Of a DNA stretch of 64,000 nucleotides, positions 1 through 9,608 are shown piece by piece. Below the pieces are notes generated by a model, which saw only the letters and a program-made list of their open reading frames with translations, was not told where the DNA came from and did no database searches. The first letter of the stretch is position 1. The number at the start of each line of letters is the position of its first letter. Source of the stretch: Candidatus Latescibacterota bacterium. GTDB taxonomy: Bacteria; Latescibacterota; UBA2968; GCA-2709665. Location: positions 928,001-992,000 of the forward strand of contig OZ241917.1 of NCBI GenBank assembly GCA_965203805.1, read 5' to 3'. The position numbers and the translations under genes are program-made.

Positions 1-83
1 AGGTGCCAATAGTACCCGAGTTCCAGGTTCAAGCCGCAAATCAGGGGCAGGAGAACGATGTGGGCCGAACGAGACCGGCTCAT
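1..83 (-). CDS. Possible 5' end of a gene running off the window edge (partial)
   Basis: ATG at 83-81 overlaps the TGA of the upstream SIS gene (ATGA coupling); frame is open to position 1 (MSRSRSAHIVLLPLICGLNLELGYYWH...). Confidence 0.4.
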   Translation of the reverse strand, partial: MSRSRSAHIVLLPLICGLNLELGYYWH

Positions 84-673
84 CTCGACCGTTCCGCATC
101 CATGAAATAGTAACAGATGATGTGCTGCAGCATCATGTGCATGTCCTCAACCCTCCCCATGTGGTCGGACTCCACGACAATGCACTTTCGCGCCTCGTCT
201 TTCAACTTTCCGCCGCCGAACCCGGCGAGGCCGACCGTATGACAGCCCAGGCGATTCGCAAAACGCACGGCACGGAGTACGTTTTCCGAGTTCCCGCTCC
301 CGCTGATGGCCAGCAATACGTCCCCCGGTTCCGCGAAGTTTTTCATCTGCTCCACAAACACGTCTTCGTAACTCAGGTCGTTGCTCAACGCCGTCATCCA
401 CTCCACGTTGTCCGTCAGTGGAATCACCTTGAAGCGGGGCTCCCGGCCGACCGATGCCCCCTTTCCCAGATCGTTCACGAAGTGGGAGGCGGTACTCGCG
501 CTACCACCGTTTCCTATGGCAAATATCCGCTTCCCCGAGTCCCTGGCGTCACGGATAAGCGTAACGACCGACGCGATGTGCCGGGGGTTCAATGATGCCA
601 GCAGCCGTTCGTTCTGCCGGATATAACTCGCTGCAAAGGTTTCAATGGATTCCATGAGATTCCCCGAATTCAT
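80..673 (-). CDS. SIS-domain sugar-phosphate isomerase, GmhA (phosphoheptose isomerase)-like
   Basis: Motifs GNGGSASTASHF, TALSND, ISGSGNSENV, VEDMH typical of the GmhA/DiaA SIS family; start may be 655. Confidence 0.85.
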   Translation of the reverse strand: MNSGNLMESIETFAASYIRQNERLLASLNPRHIASVVTLIRDARDSGKRIFAIGNGGSASTASHFVNDLGKGASVGREPRFKVIPLTDNVEWMTALSNDLSYEDVFVEQMKNFAEPGDVLLAISGSGNSENVLRAVRFANRLGCHTVGLAGFGGGKLKDEARKCIVVESDHMGRVEDMHMMLQHIICYYFMDAERSR

Positions 674-737
674 AGCTCGCTCTCACGCTCTCCGCTGTAA
701 AGTTCCTTTCGCAAGGCCTTCCGGTCAGTCGCGTGCG

Positions 738-1592
738 TCATAGTCCCGCCGCCCGCCACGCTTCGTCCAGTCCGCGATGGGTGACGGTAACCGCTTCCAC
801 CGCCGCCAATTCCCTTACCTTCCGACTGAAGGGTTCGGGGGTTACGGGTCCGGCGTACCCGATCTCTTTCAACGCTTTCAGGAAACCTGACAGGTCGATC
901 ACGCCGGTCTCGGACGGGAGCGCGCGAACGTGATCGACCTGATCCTCGACGGACACGCCGGCAGGCGCGTCGTTCACGTGTACGTGGATGACGTCGGGAG
1001 GCGTGAGTCCCCTGAGATCGGCAAGCGTCCCCAGCGACGTGTGCCAGTGCCAGGAATCCAACAGCAATCCGGCGTTTCCTGTTCCCAGGGCCTCGCAGAA
1101 TCCCAGCATCCCGCCGATCGAATGGATGAATCCGTATGTGTTGCCGGCACGCTGGGTTCTCGGTCCGATGAACTCCAGACCGAGGCTGCACCCGTGATCC
1201 TTCAACACTTCACATACCGGCCGCATACGACCCAGGCACCACCTGAACTGCTCACGAAAGGGACGCTCGTCGGAAGCAGGCGCAATCCACTGCGAGACCC
1301 GGAACGCGCCCACCGCCGCCCCGGCGGCGGCCAACCCGGGCAATGCGCGCAGGTCCCGCCCATAGTCCTCCCGGGGACCGTTCCAGGCCACGGGCAATCC
1401 CCACGCGCCGATCTTCATGCCAGCCTCGGAAAACAACCCGGTGACGTGGTCCGATCCCTTGTCGCTCACGAGCCGCGCCACCTCACGGATGTTGACGTCG
1501 AGGCCCTGAAAACCCCCGGACCTTGCGTACGACAGTCCTTCCGCCAGTGTCGCCTTTACCCCGATGGCGCCGGGCGACAGGCACTTGAACAT
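738..1592 (-). CDS. Sugar phosphate isomerase/epimerase (xylose-isomerase-like TIM barrel)
   Basis: LGLEFIG, LLLDSWHWH, HVHVND, VTPEPF metal-ligand pattern; start moved to MFKCL (1592), which follows a GGAGG RBS. Confidence 0.85.
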   Translation of the reverse strand: MFKCLSPGAIGVKATLAEGLSYARSGGFQGLDVNIREVARLVSDKGSDHVTGLFSEAGMKIGAWGLPVAWNGPREDYGRDLRALPGLAAAGAAVGAFRVSQWIAPASDERPFREQFRWCLGRMRPVCEVLKDHGCSLGLEFIGPRTQRAGNTYGFIHSIGGMLGFCEALGTGNAGLLLDSWHWHTSLGTLADLRGLTPPDVIHVHVNDAPAGVSVEDQVDHVRALPSETGVIDLSGFLKALKEIGYAGPVTPEPFSRKVRELAAVEAVTVTHRGLDEAWRAAGL

Positions 1593-1680
1593 GAGCCACC
1601 TCCTGTGATTCGTATCGATGGGGGCGTGCGGGTTGCGGCGGGAAGCGCCGGCAATTGGCTCGATAATCCGAAAACTGCGG

Positions 1681-2778
1681 TCAAAACAGCGCCACGCCAT
1701 GCACCTTCAACGATTCAGGGTTCAATTCCACCCCGAGCCCGGGGCGCCGGCCGACGCGAATGCGGCCGCCGACGATTTCTTCCGGCTGGAGGGTCAACTC
1801 GTTTCGCCAGGGGATCTCGCCCCAGCCGTATTCCAGAATCAGGAACCCGGGGTGCGTCGCCATAACCTGCATGCCGGCGCTTACGGCAACCGGTCCGAAC
1901 GGCCCGTGCGGCGCCGTGGGTACGCCGAATGCCGCCGCCATCTCCGCAATCGCTTTCAGTTCTGCGATTCCTCCCACAACCGTCACGTCCGGCATGACCA
2001 CGTCCATTGCCGTGTTTTCCAGGGCCTCCCTGAACCCGCCGCGCGACATTCGACCTTCGCCGCCGGCAGTGCGCAATCCGCAACGGCTGTTCACCTCGAC
2101 GACGGCATTCATGTTGTCTTCTGAAACGGGTTGCTCGTACCAGAAAAGATCCAGTTCATACAGTGCTTCGGCCGTCTCCAGGGCGCCTTTGACCGTGAAA
2201 TGGCCGTGGCAGTCGACCAGCAGATCCACGTCGGGGCCGACCGCCTGGCGCACGGCACGTACGCGGGCAATGCCCGGCCGGGCCTCCGCGGCGGAGTCAA
2301 TATTTCGAGGCATCCCGTCGAACGGCGCCAACTTGACCGCATCGAAACCCTCGGCGACTGCTCCGGCGGCGAGCGATGCAAACCTACCCGGGCTTCGATC
2401 TGTCGATGCCCTGTTGATGTTGGCATACAAACGGACTTCCTCGCGGACCGGACCTCCCAGCAATGTGGAAACCGGTACGTCGAGTGCCTTACCCAGAAGG
2501 TCCCACAGCGCTTGCTCCAATGCACTGACGGCACTGACCGTATCTCTGTTGTGGGCATCTCGTGTGAATGTATCGGAGAATTCCCGGATTCGCCGGGGGT
2601 CCCGACCCCGCAGCCACCCGGCCAGCTCCTTCACGGCCCGTACCCGGCCGGCGTAATTCCTGCCGGCGCGCAATTCTCCGAGGCCCCGCAGGCCCGCGTC
2701 AGTATTGACGTATACAAACACCCAGTCGCCCAGATGATTCACCCTGACGGCGACCAGATCGATCCCCGTAACCTTCAT
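1681..2778 (-). CDS. Mandelate racemase/muconate-lactonizing (enolase superfamily) enzyme, galactonate-dehydratase-like
   Basis: EQALWDLLGKALDVPV, YANIN, VDCHG, WYEQP, GGE, MPD, APHGP. Confidence 0.85.
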   Translation of the reverse strand: MKVTGIDLVAVRVNHLGDWVFVYVNTDAGLRGLGELRAGRNYAGRVRAVKELAGWLRGRDPRRIREFSDTFTRDAHNRDTVSAVSALEQALWDLLGKALDVPVSTLLGGPVREEVRLYANINRASTDRSPGRFASLAAGAVAEGFDAVKLAPFDGMPRNIDSAAEARPGIARVRAVRQAVGPDVDLLVDCHGHFTVKGALETAEALYELDLFWYEQPVSEDNMNAVVEVNSRCGLRTAGGEGRMSRGGFREALENTAMDVVMPDVTVVGGIAELKAIAEMAAAFGVPTAPHGPFGPVAVSAGMQVMATHPGFLILEYGWGEIPWRNELTLQPEEIVGGRIRVGRRPGLGVELNPESLKVHGVALF

Positions 2779-2787
2779 CTGAAAGGC

Positions 2788-3855
2788 CTATGCTCCGTAG
2801 ACTTCCGCAACGCGCGATGCGGTCCCGCGCCAGTCCAGTGATTTTGCACGCGTAAACGCGGCGTGTCCCGCCTCTTCGAGGTCGCGCCCTCTGATGTCGA
2901 GCAACGCCTTTGTCAAAGCCGTGCTATCATTCGGATCGTACAATATGCCCATCGATTCGTCGACCAGTTCCGGCAGGCATCCCATCGCCGGCACGATTAC
3001 AGGTTTTCCGAAAGAGAGTGCCGCGATTGCGGACCCGGACGTCAGCACCTGTGAAAACGGCAGCACGACAACGTCCGCGGCATTCAGATAGATCTGGAAA
3101 TCTTCATTCGGAAAGAAACTGTGCGTGTAAACGAGAATACGTTCGTCCTCTTCCGCCAGAGAGACGATCCGGTCGGCGTAACTTCCATCGAAGGCCCTCC
3201 GCGTCATGATTGCGAGCCGCGTGTCGGCCGCCGCGCATTCGCGATAGACCTCGATCAGCTCTTCAATGCCCTTGTATGCCCTCGCGTTTCCGAAATAGAG
3301 ATAGACAAACGCGTCCGCCGGGAGACGCAACCGGCGCCGGGCCGCCTCCCGCGAAATTTCATTTGGAAAGATGTCGATGTAATGGCCGTGCGGGATGACG
3401 TGGAGTTGGCCGGTACGGTAGAAGAGCCGGCGCGCAAGACCGGCGCCGTAGCGGCAGTGCGCAATCATCCTGTCGGCCGCCCGCGCCACGATCAGCCGTG
3501 CCAGGTGATCCAGGTCCGGAAACGGGCGTTCGTGAGGATACCGGTTGTGCAACGTCCACACGATCCGGTACCCCAGTTCGCTGGCATAGTGGAGATTGTC
3601 CGCAAAACGAGTGAGCCGGGAAACGGATTGCTCCAGGGTGTCATCCCTGTAGAACCAGTGAAGCCAGTTCAGATGCAATACGGAGAAATCGCTTCTTGCG
3701 TCTTTCAGCCAATCCCGCCGAAACGCGTAGTCCCCCAGTTCAAGGTGGATGTCCAGCTTGGCAAGTTCGTGAGCAAGCAGGGGCCCGTAGGGATTGCATC
3801 TGTCCTGAAGTGCCAGACCCCCGGCTGCGGCTTCCCAGAAAAAGAAAGCCCGCAT
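2788..3855 (-). CDS. Glycosyltransferase family 4 (GT-B fold)
   Basis: WTLHNRYPHE, VIPHGHY, FGNARAYKG, ADVVVLPF..TSGSAIAALSFGKPVI. Confidence 0.85.
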   Translation of the reverse strand: MRAFFFWEAAAGGLALQDRCNPYGPLLAHELAKLDIHLELGDYAFRRDWLKDARSDFSVLHLNWLHWFYRDDTLEQSVSRLTRFADNLHYASELGYRIVWTLHNRYPHERPFPDLDHLARLIVARAADRMIAHCRYGAGLARRLFYRTGQLHVIPHGHYIDIFPNEISREAARRRLRLPADAFVYLYFGNARAYKGIEELIEVYRECAAADTRLAIMTRRAFDGSYADRIVSLAEEDERILVYTHSFFPNEDFQIYLNAADVVVLPFSQVLTSGSAIAALSFGKPVIVPAMGCLPELVDESMGILYDPNDSTALTKALLDIRGRDLEEAGHAAFTRAKSLDWRGTASRVAEVYGA

Positions 3856-3858
3856 CGT

Positions 3859-4803
3859 TCAATATCCCTTACTCTTGTCGATAATGCTCAGGAGCGGCCG
3901 CCCGGCGACTAACCGTTTCAGGTTTTCGCAAAAAAGGTTCACGATACGGTCCTGCCGGTTGGGCGACCCGCCCGCGGTATGCGGGGTGATCAGCACGTTA
4001 TCCAGTTGCCAGAGCGGGTGCTCCGGCGGGAGCGGCTCGACGGGCGTAACATCCAGCCCGGCCCCGGCAATCTGTTTGCACATCAGCGCGGCGACCAGCG
4101 CGGCTTCGTCCATGATTCCCCCTCGCGTCACATTGATCAGGAGCGCACTGGATTTCATGGAGCGAAAGGCGCGTTCGTCGAACAGACCGCGCGTATCCGG
4201 CGTCAGGGGCGCGCAGACGGCCACGACGTCGGACACTGTCAGCAAGCGGTGAAACCGATCCATCTTCCAGCAGGCCGCCACGCATGCGGGCACATCGACG
4301 TTTTCCGGGTCCACCGCCACCACGCGCATGCCGAATGCGTTTGCTCTGACCGCAAGTTCGCGACCCGTACCCCCCAGGCCCACGATCCCCATGGTCAGGT
4401 CGACCAGTTCCCAACTCGCGTTCCGTATCGGCATCCGCTGGTCCCATCCGGGCCTTCGGACGGCCCACGCGATACCCCGCGTGAGCCCCAGCAACAGCGC
4501 CATGGCGTGTTCGGCCAGATGCACGCCGACCGTACCCCGACCGCTTGTCAGAACAACATTGCTGTCCACGAACGCCTTGAACAACTGCCCGTCGACGCCG
4601 GCGCCCCACGTCTGCACCCACCGCAATCGCTCTCCGCGCCGGAACATCTCCGGACTCAGACCGCCAAAGACCACTTCCACCTGCGGCATGACCTCGAGCG
4701 TTTCGGCTTCGGATTCCGGCATGAACAGTTCCGCGCCGTCTACCGAGGACGTGATCTGTTTCCTGTGGCGGTCCGCCAAATCCACGCGCAGCAGTATTTT
4801 CAT
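3859..4803 (-). CDS. D-2-hydroxyacid dehydrogenase family protein
   Basis: GIVGLGGTG Rossmann motif, INVTRG, AGLDV..EPLP, ITPHTAG; start at MKILL. Confidence 0.9.
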   Translation of the reverse strand: MKILLRVDLADRHRKQITSSVDGAELFMPESEAETLEVMPQVEVVFGGLSPEMFRRGERLRWVQTWGAGVDGQLFKAFVDSNVVLTSGRGTVGVHLAEHAMALLLGLTRGIAWAVRRPGWDQRMPIRNASWELVDLTMGIVGLGGTGRELAVRANAFGMRVVAVDPENVDVPACVAACWKMDRFHRLLTVSDVVAVCAPLTPDTRGLFDERAFRSMKSSALLINVTRGGIMDEAALVAALMCKQIAGAGLDVTPVEPLPPEHPLWQLDNVLITPHTAGGSPNRQDRIVNLFCENLKRLVAGRPLLSIIDKSKGY

Positions 4804-4847
4804 GACATTGTCTCCGGTCCGCAACGTGAGACCGTCCGCCGGGCCGT

Positions 4848-6095
4848 TCAGAATACCTCTTCGGCTGATCCGCGAACGGCGGCCGCGAGCGCGTCGATTT
4901 TTTCTTCCGGAAACCAGGGATTTACGGTGGTCAGAAGGAGAACCCGCTGGAGCAGATCCTCCGTGCGGGGGCACAGTCCCGGTCCGTAGGTAACCTTGCC
5001 GCCGTAAACCGGCGAATTCCAGGGATTCGAGTGCGGTGAAGCCGTGGCCTGGTTCCGGATGGGCGGTCCCATATATACCGGTTTCCCGCCGTATCCGAGA
5101 CCGGCCGAATACCCGCGGTCCCTCATCGCTTTCGCAAACCGCGCGCACGTGTGCCGGTCTTCGAAGACGAGATCCCAATGTACGCCGAGGTGGCCGTCTT
5201 CGTCGTTTGCCGGCCTGATATTCACCCCGGGCACGCCGGCTACCGCCTCGCTGAATCGGCGGAACTTGCCGCGCAGGGCTTCGACGACATCATCCATTTT
5301 CTGCAGCTGCGAGAGCGCAACCGCCCCGGACATCTCGGGCATGCGGAAGTTCTCGCCCACGAACGGCTCCAGCGTCGGCTCGAATCCGGGAAATCGCGTC
5401 TTTTCCCGATACAGCCCCTGGTCGTGGTAGCGCACGGCGCGTTCGTAGAGTTCCGCATTGTCGGACAACACCACGCCGCCTTCTCCCGACGTGATAATCT
5501 TGCCGAATTGCAGGCTGAACGCGCCCAGATCGCCCCAGGTCCCAATGGCTCTTCCCTTGTAAGTCGCACCCGCGCTCTGGGAGCAATCTTCGATCACTCT
5601 CAATCCGTGCCTCGCCGCGACCTCCATTATGCCATCCATCCTGCACGGCGTGCCCCACAGGTGCACCGGAAGAATCGCCTTTGTCCTCGGCGTGATTCTT
5701 TCTTCGATGGCATCCGGGTCCAGTGTCATCGACCGGTCGACTTCGGCAAAGATCGGCACACCCCCAAGGAGGACGACTGCCCCCGGCGTGGCGACAAAGG
5801 TGACCGGCGGCATGATGACCTCGTCACCAGGACCGACACCCGCGGCAACCAGGGCGACCTTGATTGCGGCAGTCCCGGACGTGACCGCCAGGGCGTACGA
5901 CGAATCCATCTTCGCGGCGAAGCCCTGCTCGAAACGCGCCACCATATCCAGACGATCGGGACCGTAGTCCCTCGAAAGCGATCGACTCTTTATGACTGCC
6001 AGAACTTCCTGCACTTCCTCGTCGTCGAGCACGGACGCCCCGGCGTGGAGACTCCGTACCGGACTGTCCGGAGGTAATGCCCTTCTATTTGCCAT
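4848..6095 (-). CDS. DegT/DnrJ/EryC1/StrS-family PLP-dependent sugar aminotransferase
   Basis: VTSGTAA, PVHLWG, IEDCSQS, FSLQFGKIITSGEGG (PLP lysine), GENFRM. Confidence 0.9.
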   Translation of the reverse strand: MANRRALPPDSPVRSLHAGASVLDDEEVQEVLAVIKSRSLSRDYGPDRLDMVARFEQGFAAKMDSSYALAVTSGTAAIKVALVAAGVGPGDEVIMPPVTFVATPGAVVLLGGVPIFAEVDRSMTLDPDAIEERITPRTKAILPVHLWGTPCRMDGIMEVAARHGLRVIEDCSQSAGATYKGRAIGTWGDLGAFSLQFGKIITSGEGGVVLSDNAELYERAVRYHDQGLYREKTRFPGFEPTLEPFVGENFRMPEMSGAVALSQLQKMDDVVEALRGKFRRFSEAVAGVPGVNIRPANDEDGHLGVHWDLVFEDRHTCARFAKAMRDRGYSAGLGYGGKPVYMGPPIRNQATASPHSNPWNSPVYGGKVTYGPGLCPRTEDLLQRVLLLTTVNPWFPEEKIDALAAAVRGSAEEVF

Positions 6096-6113
6096 CCCGA
6101 TTTCTCCCCTTCA

Positions 6114-7520
6114 TCATTCCGGCCAGACCGGCCTCAGAAAATCCCCGGTTTCACGCATCCAACCGGCGAGTCGGGTTCTCAGGTGGTCTCGCGCGGACCT
6201 GTGATTCGGGTCCTGCGCGAGATTCCGCATCTCGTGCGGGTCCGCGTTGCGATCGAATAGCTGATCCGCGTCGTGATGGTGATAGATGTATTTGCAGGAG
6301 TCCGTCACCACACCCCGGGTGTGGATCCCTCCTCGATTATACCCGTTGAACTCAACAAAAGCCTCGCCGGCTGTACGCACATGGGCATCCGCCAGGTCCG
6401 GCATCAGGCTCCTGCCCTGCACGCGGGCCATCGGCGGCAGATCCAGCAGGTCCAGAACCGTGGACGGCAGGTCCACGTGGGAACCGAACCCGCATCGATT
6501 GCCGGGTTCGATGCCCGGCGAGGATATCAGCAGCGGCAACTGGATGGATTCGGCGTAGAGCACGCCCTTCTGATAGAGGTTGTGTGCGCCGAGCATTTCT
6601 CCGTGGTCGCAGGTAAAGACAACCGTCGTATCGTCCGCACGCCCGCATGCCTCCAGGGCGTTCAGTACCGTGCCCACGCAGGAATCCAGAAACGCGACAA
6701 AACCCCAGTACGTGGCCGTTGCCAGCGCCCAGCGTTCCCAGGACCAGCCGCGCACGCACTGTGCGCCGGCCGCGTCTCGAACAGGCTCGGGAAGGGCATC
6801 CATGTTCTCGCCGAAGCTTGGCGGAGCCACCATCTCGTCTGGCGAAAACATGCTGTAATACGGTTCGGGAACCAATATGGGCGGGTGGGGACCGCCCAGA
6901 GAACACCAGGCGGCAAACGGACGGTCATTCGGCGCCGAACGGATGAATTCACTCACGTTTCGCGCGATCATCCTATCCGGATGCGTGTCAACCGGTTCCC
7001 GCCATCGCGCCGGCACCGGCGTGCTGACGGCCCAATCGTGCATCGCCCCGCTATCCGTAGGCGTGGATACAGGCGCCCTCTGGTCACCGTCTTTACCGCC
7101 CTGCGCAATCAGCATCCGCAGGTGGTCTTTGTATGGGAAGCCGCGCGGCGCGAAGTGGGCGTATTCCCGGGACCGGTCGTCCTCAGGATTCCGGTTGACA
7201 TGCCAGATCCCCTCGTATCCGACGTGATAGCCGCGATCCATAAGCACATCGGTCAGCAACTGCTCTCCGGCGTTGAGTGTTTCGTACCCCGCACCGAATG
7301 CCGTCGCGCCGTGCGCGTGCGGCCATCTCCCGGTCAGCATGGACGGGCGCGTGGGCACGCACAGGGGGGTTGCGCAGTAAAACTCCTGGAATACCGCGCT
7401 ACGCTGGGCCAGCCGATCCAGCCAGGGCGTCGGAATTCGCCCTCCGTAGGCGCCCAGCGTTTGTCGCTGAAGCTGATCGCAAAGAATCACAACGAGGTTT
7501 TTGGACCCGCTGCGGGACAT
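6114..7520 (-). CDS. Sulfatase (Cys-type, formylglycine-dependent)
   Basis: ILCDQ, CVPTRPSMLTG (CxPxR motif), PHPP, FTCDHGEMLG, KG. Confidence 0.9.
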   Translation of the reverse strand: MSRSGSKNLVVILCDQLQRQTLGAYGGRIPTPWLDRLAQRSAVFQEFYCATPLCVPTRPSMLTGRWPHAHGATAFGAGYETLNAGEQLLTDVLMDRGYHVGYEGIWHVNRNPEDDRSREYAHFAPRGFPYKDHLRMLIAQGGKDGDQRAPVSTPTDSGAMHDWAVSTPVPARWREPVDTHPDRMIARNVSEFIRSAPNDRPFAAWCSLGGPHPPILVPEPYYSMFSPDEMVAPPSFGENMDALPEPVRDAAGAQCVRGWSWERWALATATYWGFVAFLDSCVGTVLNALEACGRADDTTVVFTCDHGEMLGAHNLYQKGVLYAESIQLPLLISSPGIEPGNRCGFGSHVDLPSTVLDLLDLPPMARVQGRSLMPDLADAHVRTAGEAFVEFNGYNRGGIHTRGVVTDSCKYIYHHHDADQLFDRNADPHEMRNLAQDPNHRSARDHLRTRLAGWMRETGDFLRPVWPE

Positions 7521-7612
7521 TCTCACCACGTGTCAGTAGACCTGTTGAACACGATTCGACGAACTGCCGTTCCGGATTCTGGAAGTGAATCCGGTAATTC
7601 ACGCGCACAACG

Positions 7613-8278
7613 CTACCGCGTATCGGCGGGGTCCGCCATCACGACGGAAACCGCGAGCCACCCCCCTACCGGGATGATATTCGAAACCAGCCGCGGGTGT
7701 TCCGCCACACGCCTGTTGTATTCCTGTATCCCTCGCCGGCCGTCGCCGGGTTCCAACGCTTCGTGTGCGTGGCCGTGACCGTTGGCGTTGTCGGCCACGA
7801 TCAGGCCGCCGACTCTCGTATTTTCCAACGCAAAATTCAGATACGTCGGGTAGTTTTCCTTGTCGGCATCGATAAACACGAGATCGAACGGTCCGTCTCC
7901 GACAAGTTCCTCCATCAGCTCCGCACCTTTTCCGGTGCGAACTTCCGTCCGGTCCTCCAATCCCGCGGCGGCGAGGTTCGCGCGGGTCACGTCGGCGTGC
8001 TTCGGGTCCACCTCGAGGGATACGAAGCGCCCGTCTTCCGGCAGCGCGCGCGCCAGCCAGATCCCGGAATAGCCCGCCAGGGCGCCGAATTCCAGGATTT
8101 TCTTCGCCCCGATGGCTTTCGCCAGCAGATACAGTGTCTTGCCCGATTCCGGACTGATTGAGATTGGCGGGAGCCCCTGCCTTGCCGCACTGGGCATGAC
8201 ACCTCTCAACACGTCGTCTTCCCGCGCGAATACTTCCCGCCGATAGGTTTCCAGATCCGGATAGGTCGATTCCGCCAT
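7613..8278 (-). CDS. SAM-dependent O-methyltransferase (caffeoyl-CoA OMT/YrrM-like)
   Basis: ILEFGALAGYSGIW, FDLVFIDADKENY, IVADN; alternative coupled GTG start at 8308. Confidence 0.9.
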   Translation of the reverse strand: MAESTYPDLETYRREVFAREDDVLRGVMPSAARQGLPPISISPESGKTLYLLAKAIGAKKILEFGALAGYSGIWLARALPEDGRFVSLEVDPKHADVTRANLAAAGLEDRTEVRTGKGAELMEELVGDGPFDLVFIDADKENYPTYLNFALENTRVGGLIVADNANGHGHAHEALEPGDGRRGIQEYNRRVAEHPRLVSNIIPVGGWLAVSVVMADPADTR

Positions 8279-8304
8279 CTGGCTCTCCCCGGATTCACGC
8301 GTCC

Positions 8305-9312
8305 TCACAGAGAATTGGCCTCCGCCCTTCTCATGAAAGCGCCAAAGTCAACAACGCACCCTTCATCCGATGCCGCGCCGAGTCCCTCCACCAGGCCCAC
8401 GGTAGGCAGATTCCGGTGTCCGCCGAAATCCGGTTCGACGCCCTCCGTCACGTACCGTTGAAACCCATCCAGCAGGACCTCCTCAGGCGCCGGGGCCTGG
8501 CCCAGTGAAATGACTTTGTCTTCGTCCGACCCCGGGGCGCGCAGGAGCAATCCGCTGTCGTTCAGTTCGAGGGCGCCGTCGTCCAGTTCCAACCTCAGGG
8601 CCGATCCGCCCTTGTGGGCCGCGAACGTGCAGAGGTAACCGCAGGTAGCCCCGCCCTCGAATTCGATCCATGCGTGGACGCCTGCACCGCCCTTATATGG
8701 ACTCCACGGCGGATTGAAGCTGTGCCCCCACATACGTACGGGATCCGCGTCGAACAGGAAGCGGAGGGTGTCGAGATCGTGTATGCCTCGCTCCCAGAGG
8801 TAGGCGTGTTCGTCGTCACCCGAATGGTGAACGCGGGGTCTCCAGCCGTACTTGGTCATCAGGCCGAACACCGGACGTCCGTAGGTACCCTCCTTCACGA
8901 GACGGTTGATCGTGACGTGTGCAGCCGCGAATCTGGCATTCTGGCAGACGGCCACCCGAACGCCCATGTCGTCGGCTTCGCGGATCACTCTGCACGCGTC
9001 CGCCAGGCTCTTCGTGAACGGCTTTTCCACCAGAACGTGTTTCCCCGCACGGACTGCCTGCAGGCACTGTTCGGCGTGCAGCTGCGGAGGCGTAATAACA
9101 ACCACGGCATCGGCTTCGACCCTTTCCATCGCTTCTTCAAGAGACCGGTAACATGCGGCGTCCGGCAACCCCGATTCCTCGCGGGCCGACCTCAAATTGC
9201 CTTCGTTCACATCGACGAGCGCTACGCTTTCGTAATCGGTTCGTTCCAGTACGCGACGAACAGGCCACCTCCCCCTGCCCCCGACACCCAGATGTATAAG
9301 ACGTATTGCCAT
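8305..9312 (-). CDS. Gfo/Idh/MocA family oxidoreductase
   Basis: GVGGRG, HVLVEKPF, QNARF, GIHDLD. Confidence 0.9.
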   Translation of the reverse strand: MAIRLIHLGVGGRGRWPVRRVLERTDYESVALVDVNEGNLRSAREESGLPDAACYRSLEEAMERVEADAVVVITPPQLHAEQCLQAVRAGKHVLVEKPFTKSLADACRVIREADDMGVRVAVCQNARFAAAHVTINRLVKEGTYGRPVFGLMTKYGWRPRVHHSGDDEHAYLWERGIHDLDTLRFLFDADPVRMWGHSFNPPWSPYKGGAGVHAWIEFEGGATCGYLCTFAAHKGGSALRLELDDGALELNDSGLLLRAPGSDEDKVISLGQAPAPEEVLLDGFQRYVTEGVEPDFGGHRNLPTVGLVEGLGAASDEGCVVDFGAFMRRAEANSL

Positions 9313-9451
9313 TCCGCCTCCTCGGAGGTTTGATTCGACGGCTTACCCCGATGGAACTTCCACTTCAGCACAATATAAGGAATCAACCGGCACGCCGCAC
9401 AATATTCCTTCGCCCCGTCTTCGCTCTGACGTCAGCGGACTGTTAATCCGG

Positions 9452-9481
9452 TTGACATCGACGTCCGAATGCGCTAATAAT
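9452..9481 (+). promoter_or_regulatory. Putative sigma70 promoter for ppk2
   Basis: TTGACA at 9452-9457 followed after 17-18 bp by TAATAAT. Confidence 0.45.
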
Positions 9482-9495
9482 TGGCAGGGAACCTC

Positions 9496-9564
9496 GTGTC
9501 CTGTGCCCAAATACCCCACCATTCGCCCGACGATTCAGGCAACTTGATTCGGGGACAGAACACT
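9496..9564. mobile_element. Internally deleted MITE-like element (69 bp), related to 36011-36174
   Basis: Ends GTGTCCTGTGCCCAAATA and GGGGACAGAACACT form imperfect inverted repeats; both halves align with the two ends of the reverse complement of 36011-36174. Confidence 0.7.
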
Positions 9565-9608
9565 CGGGCTTTTCACCTGTGCCGACTCGGACGGAGGAAG
9601 GAAAACGA

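Noticed and set aside
4804-5178. N-terminal ORF extensions (also 14809-15181, 15895-16077, 41789-41962, 44250-44513)
   Set aside because: They overlap neighbouring genes or promoters; RBS position and domain start support downstream start codons
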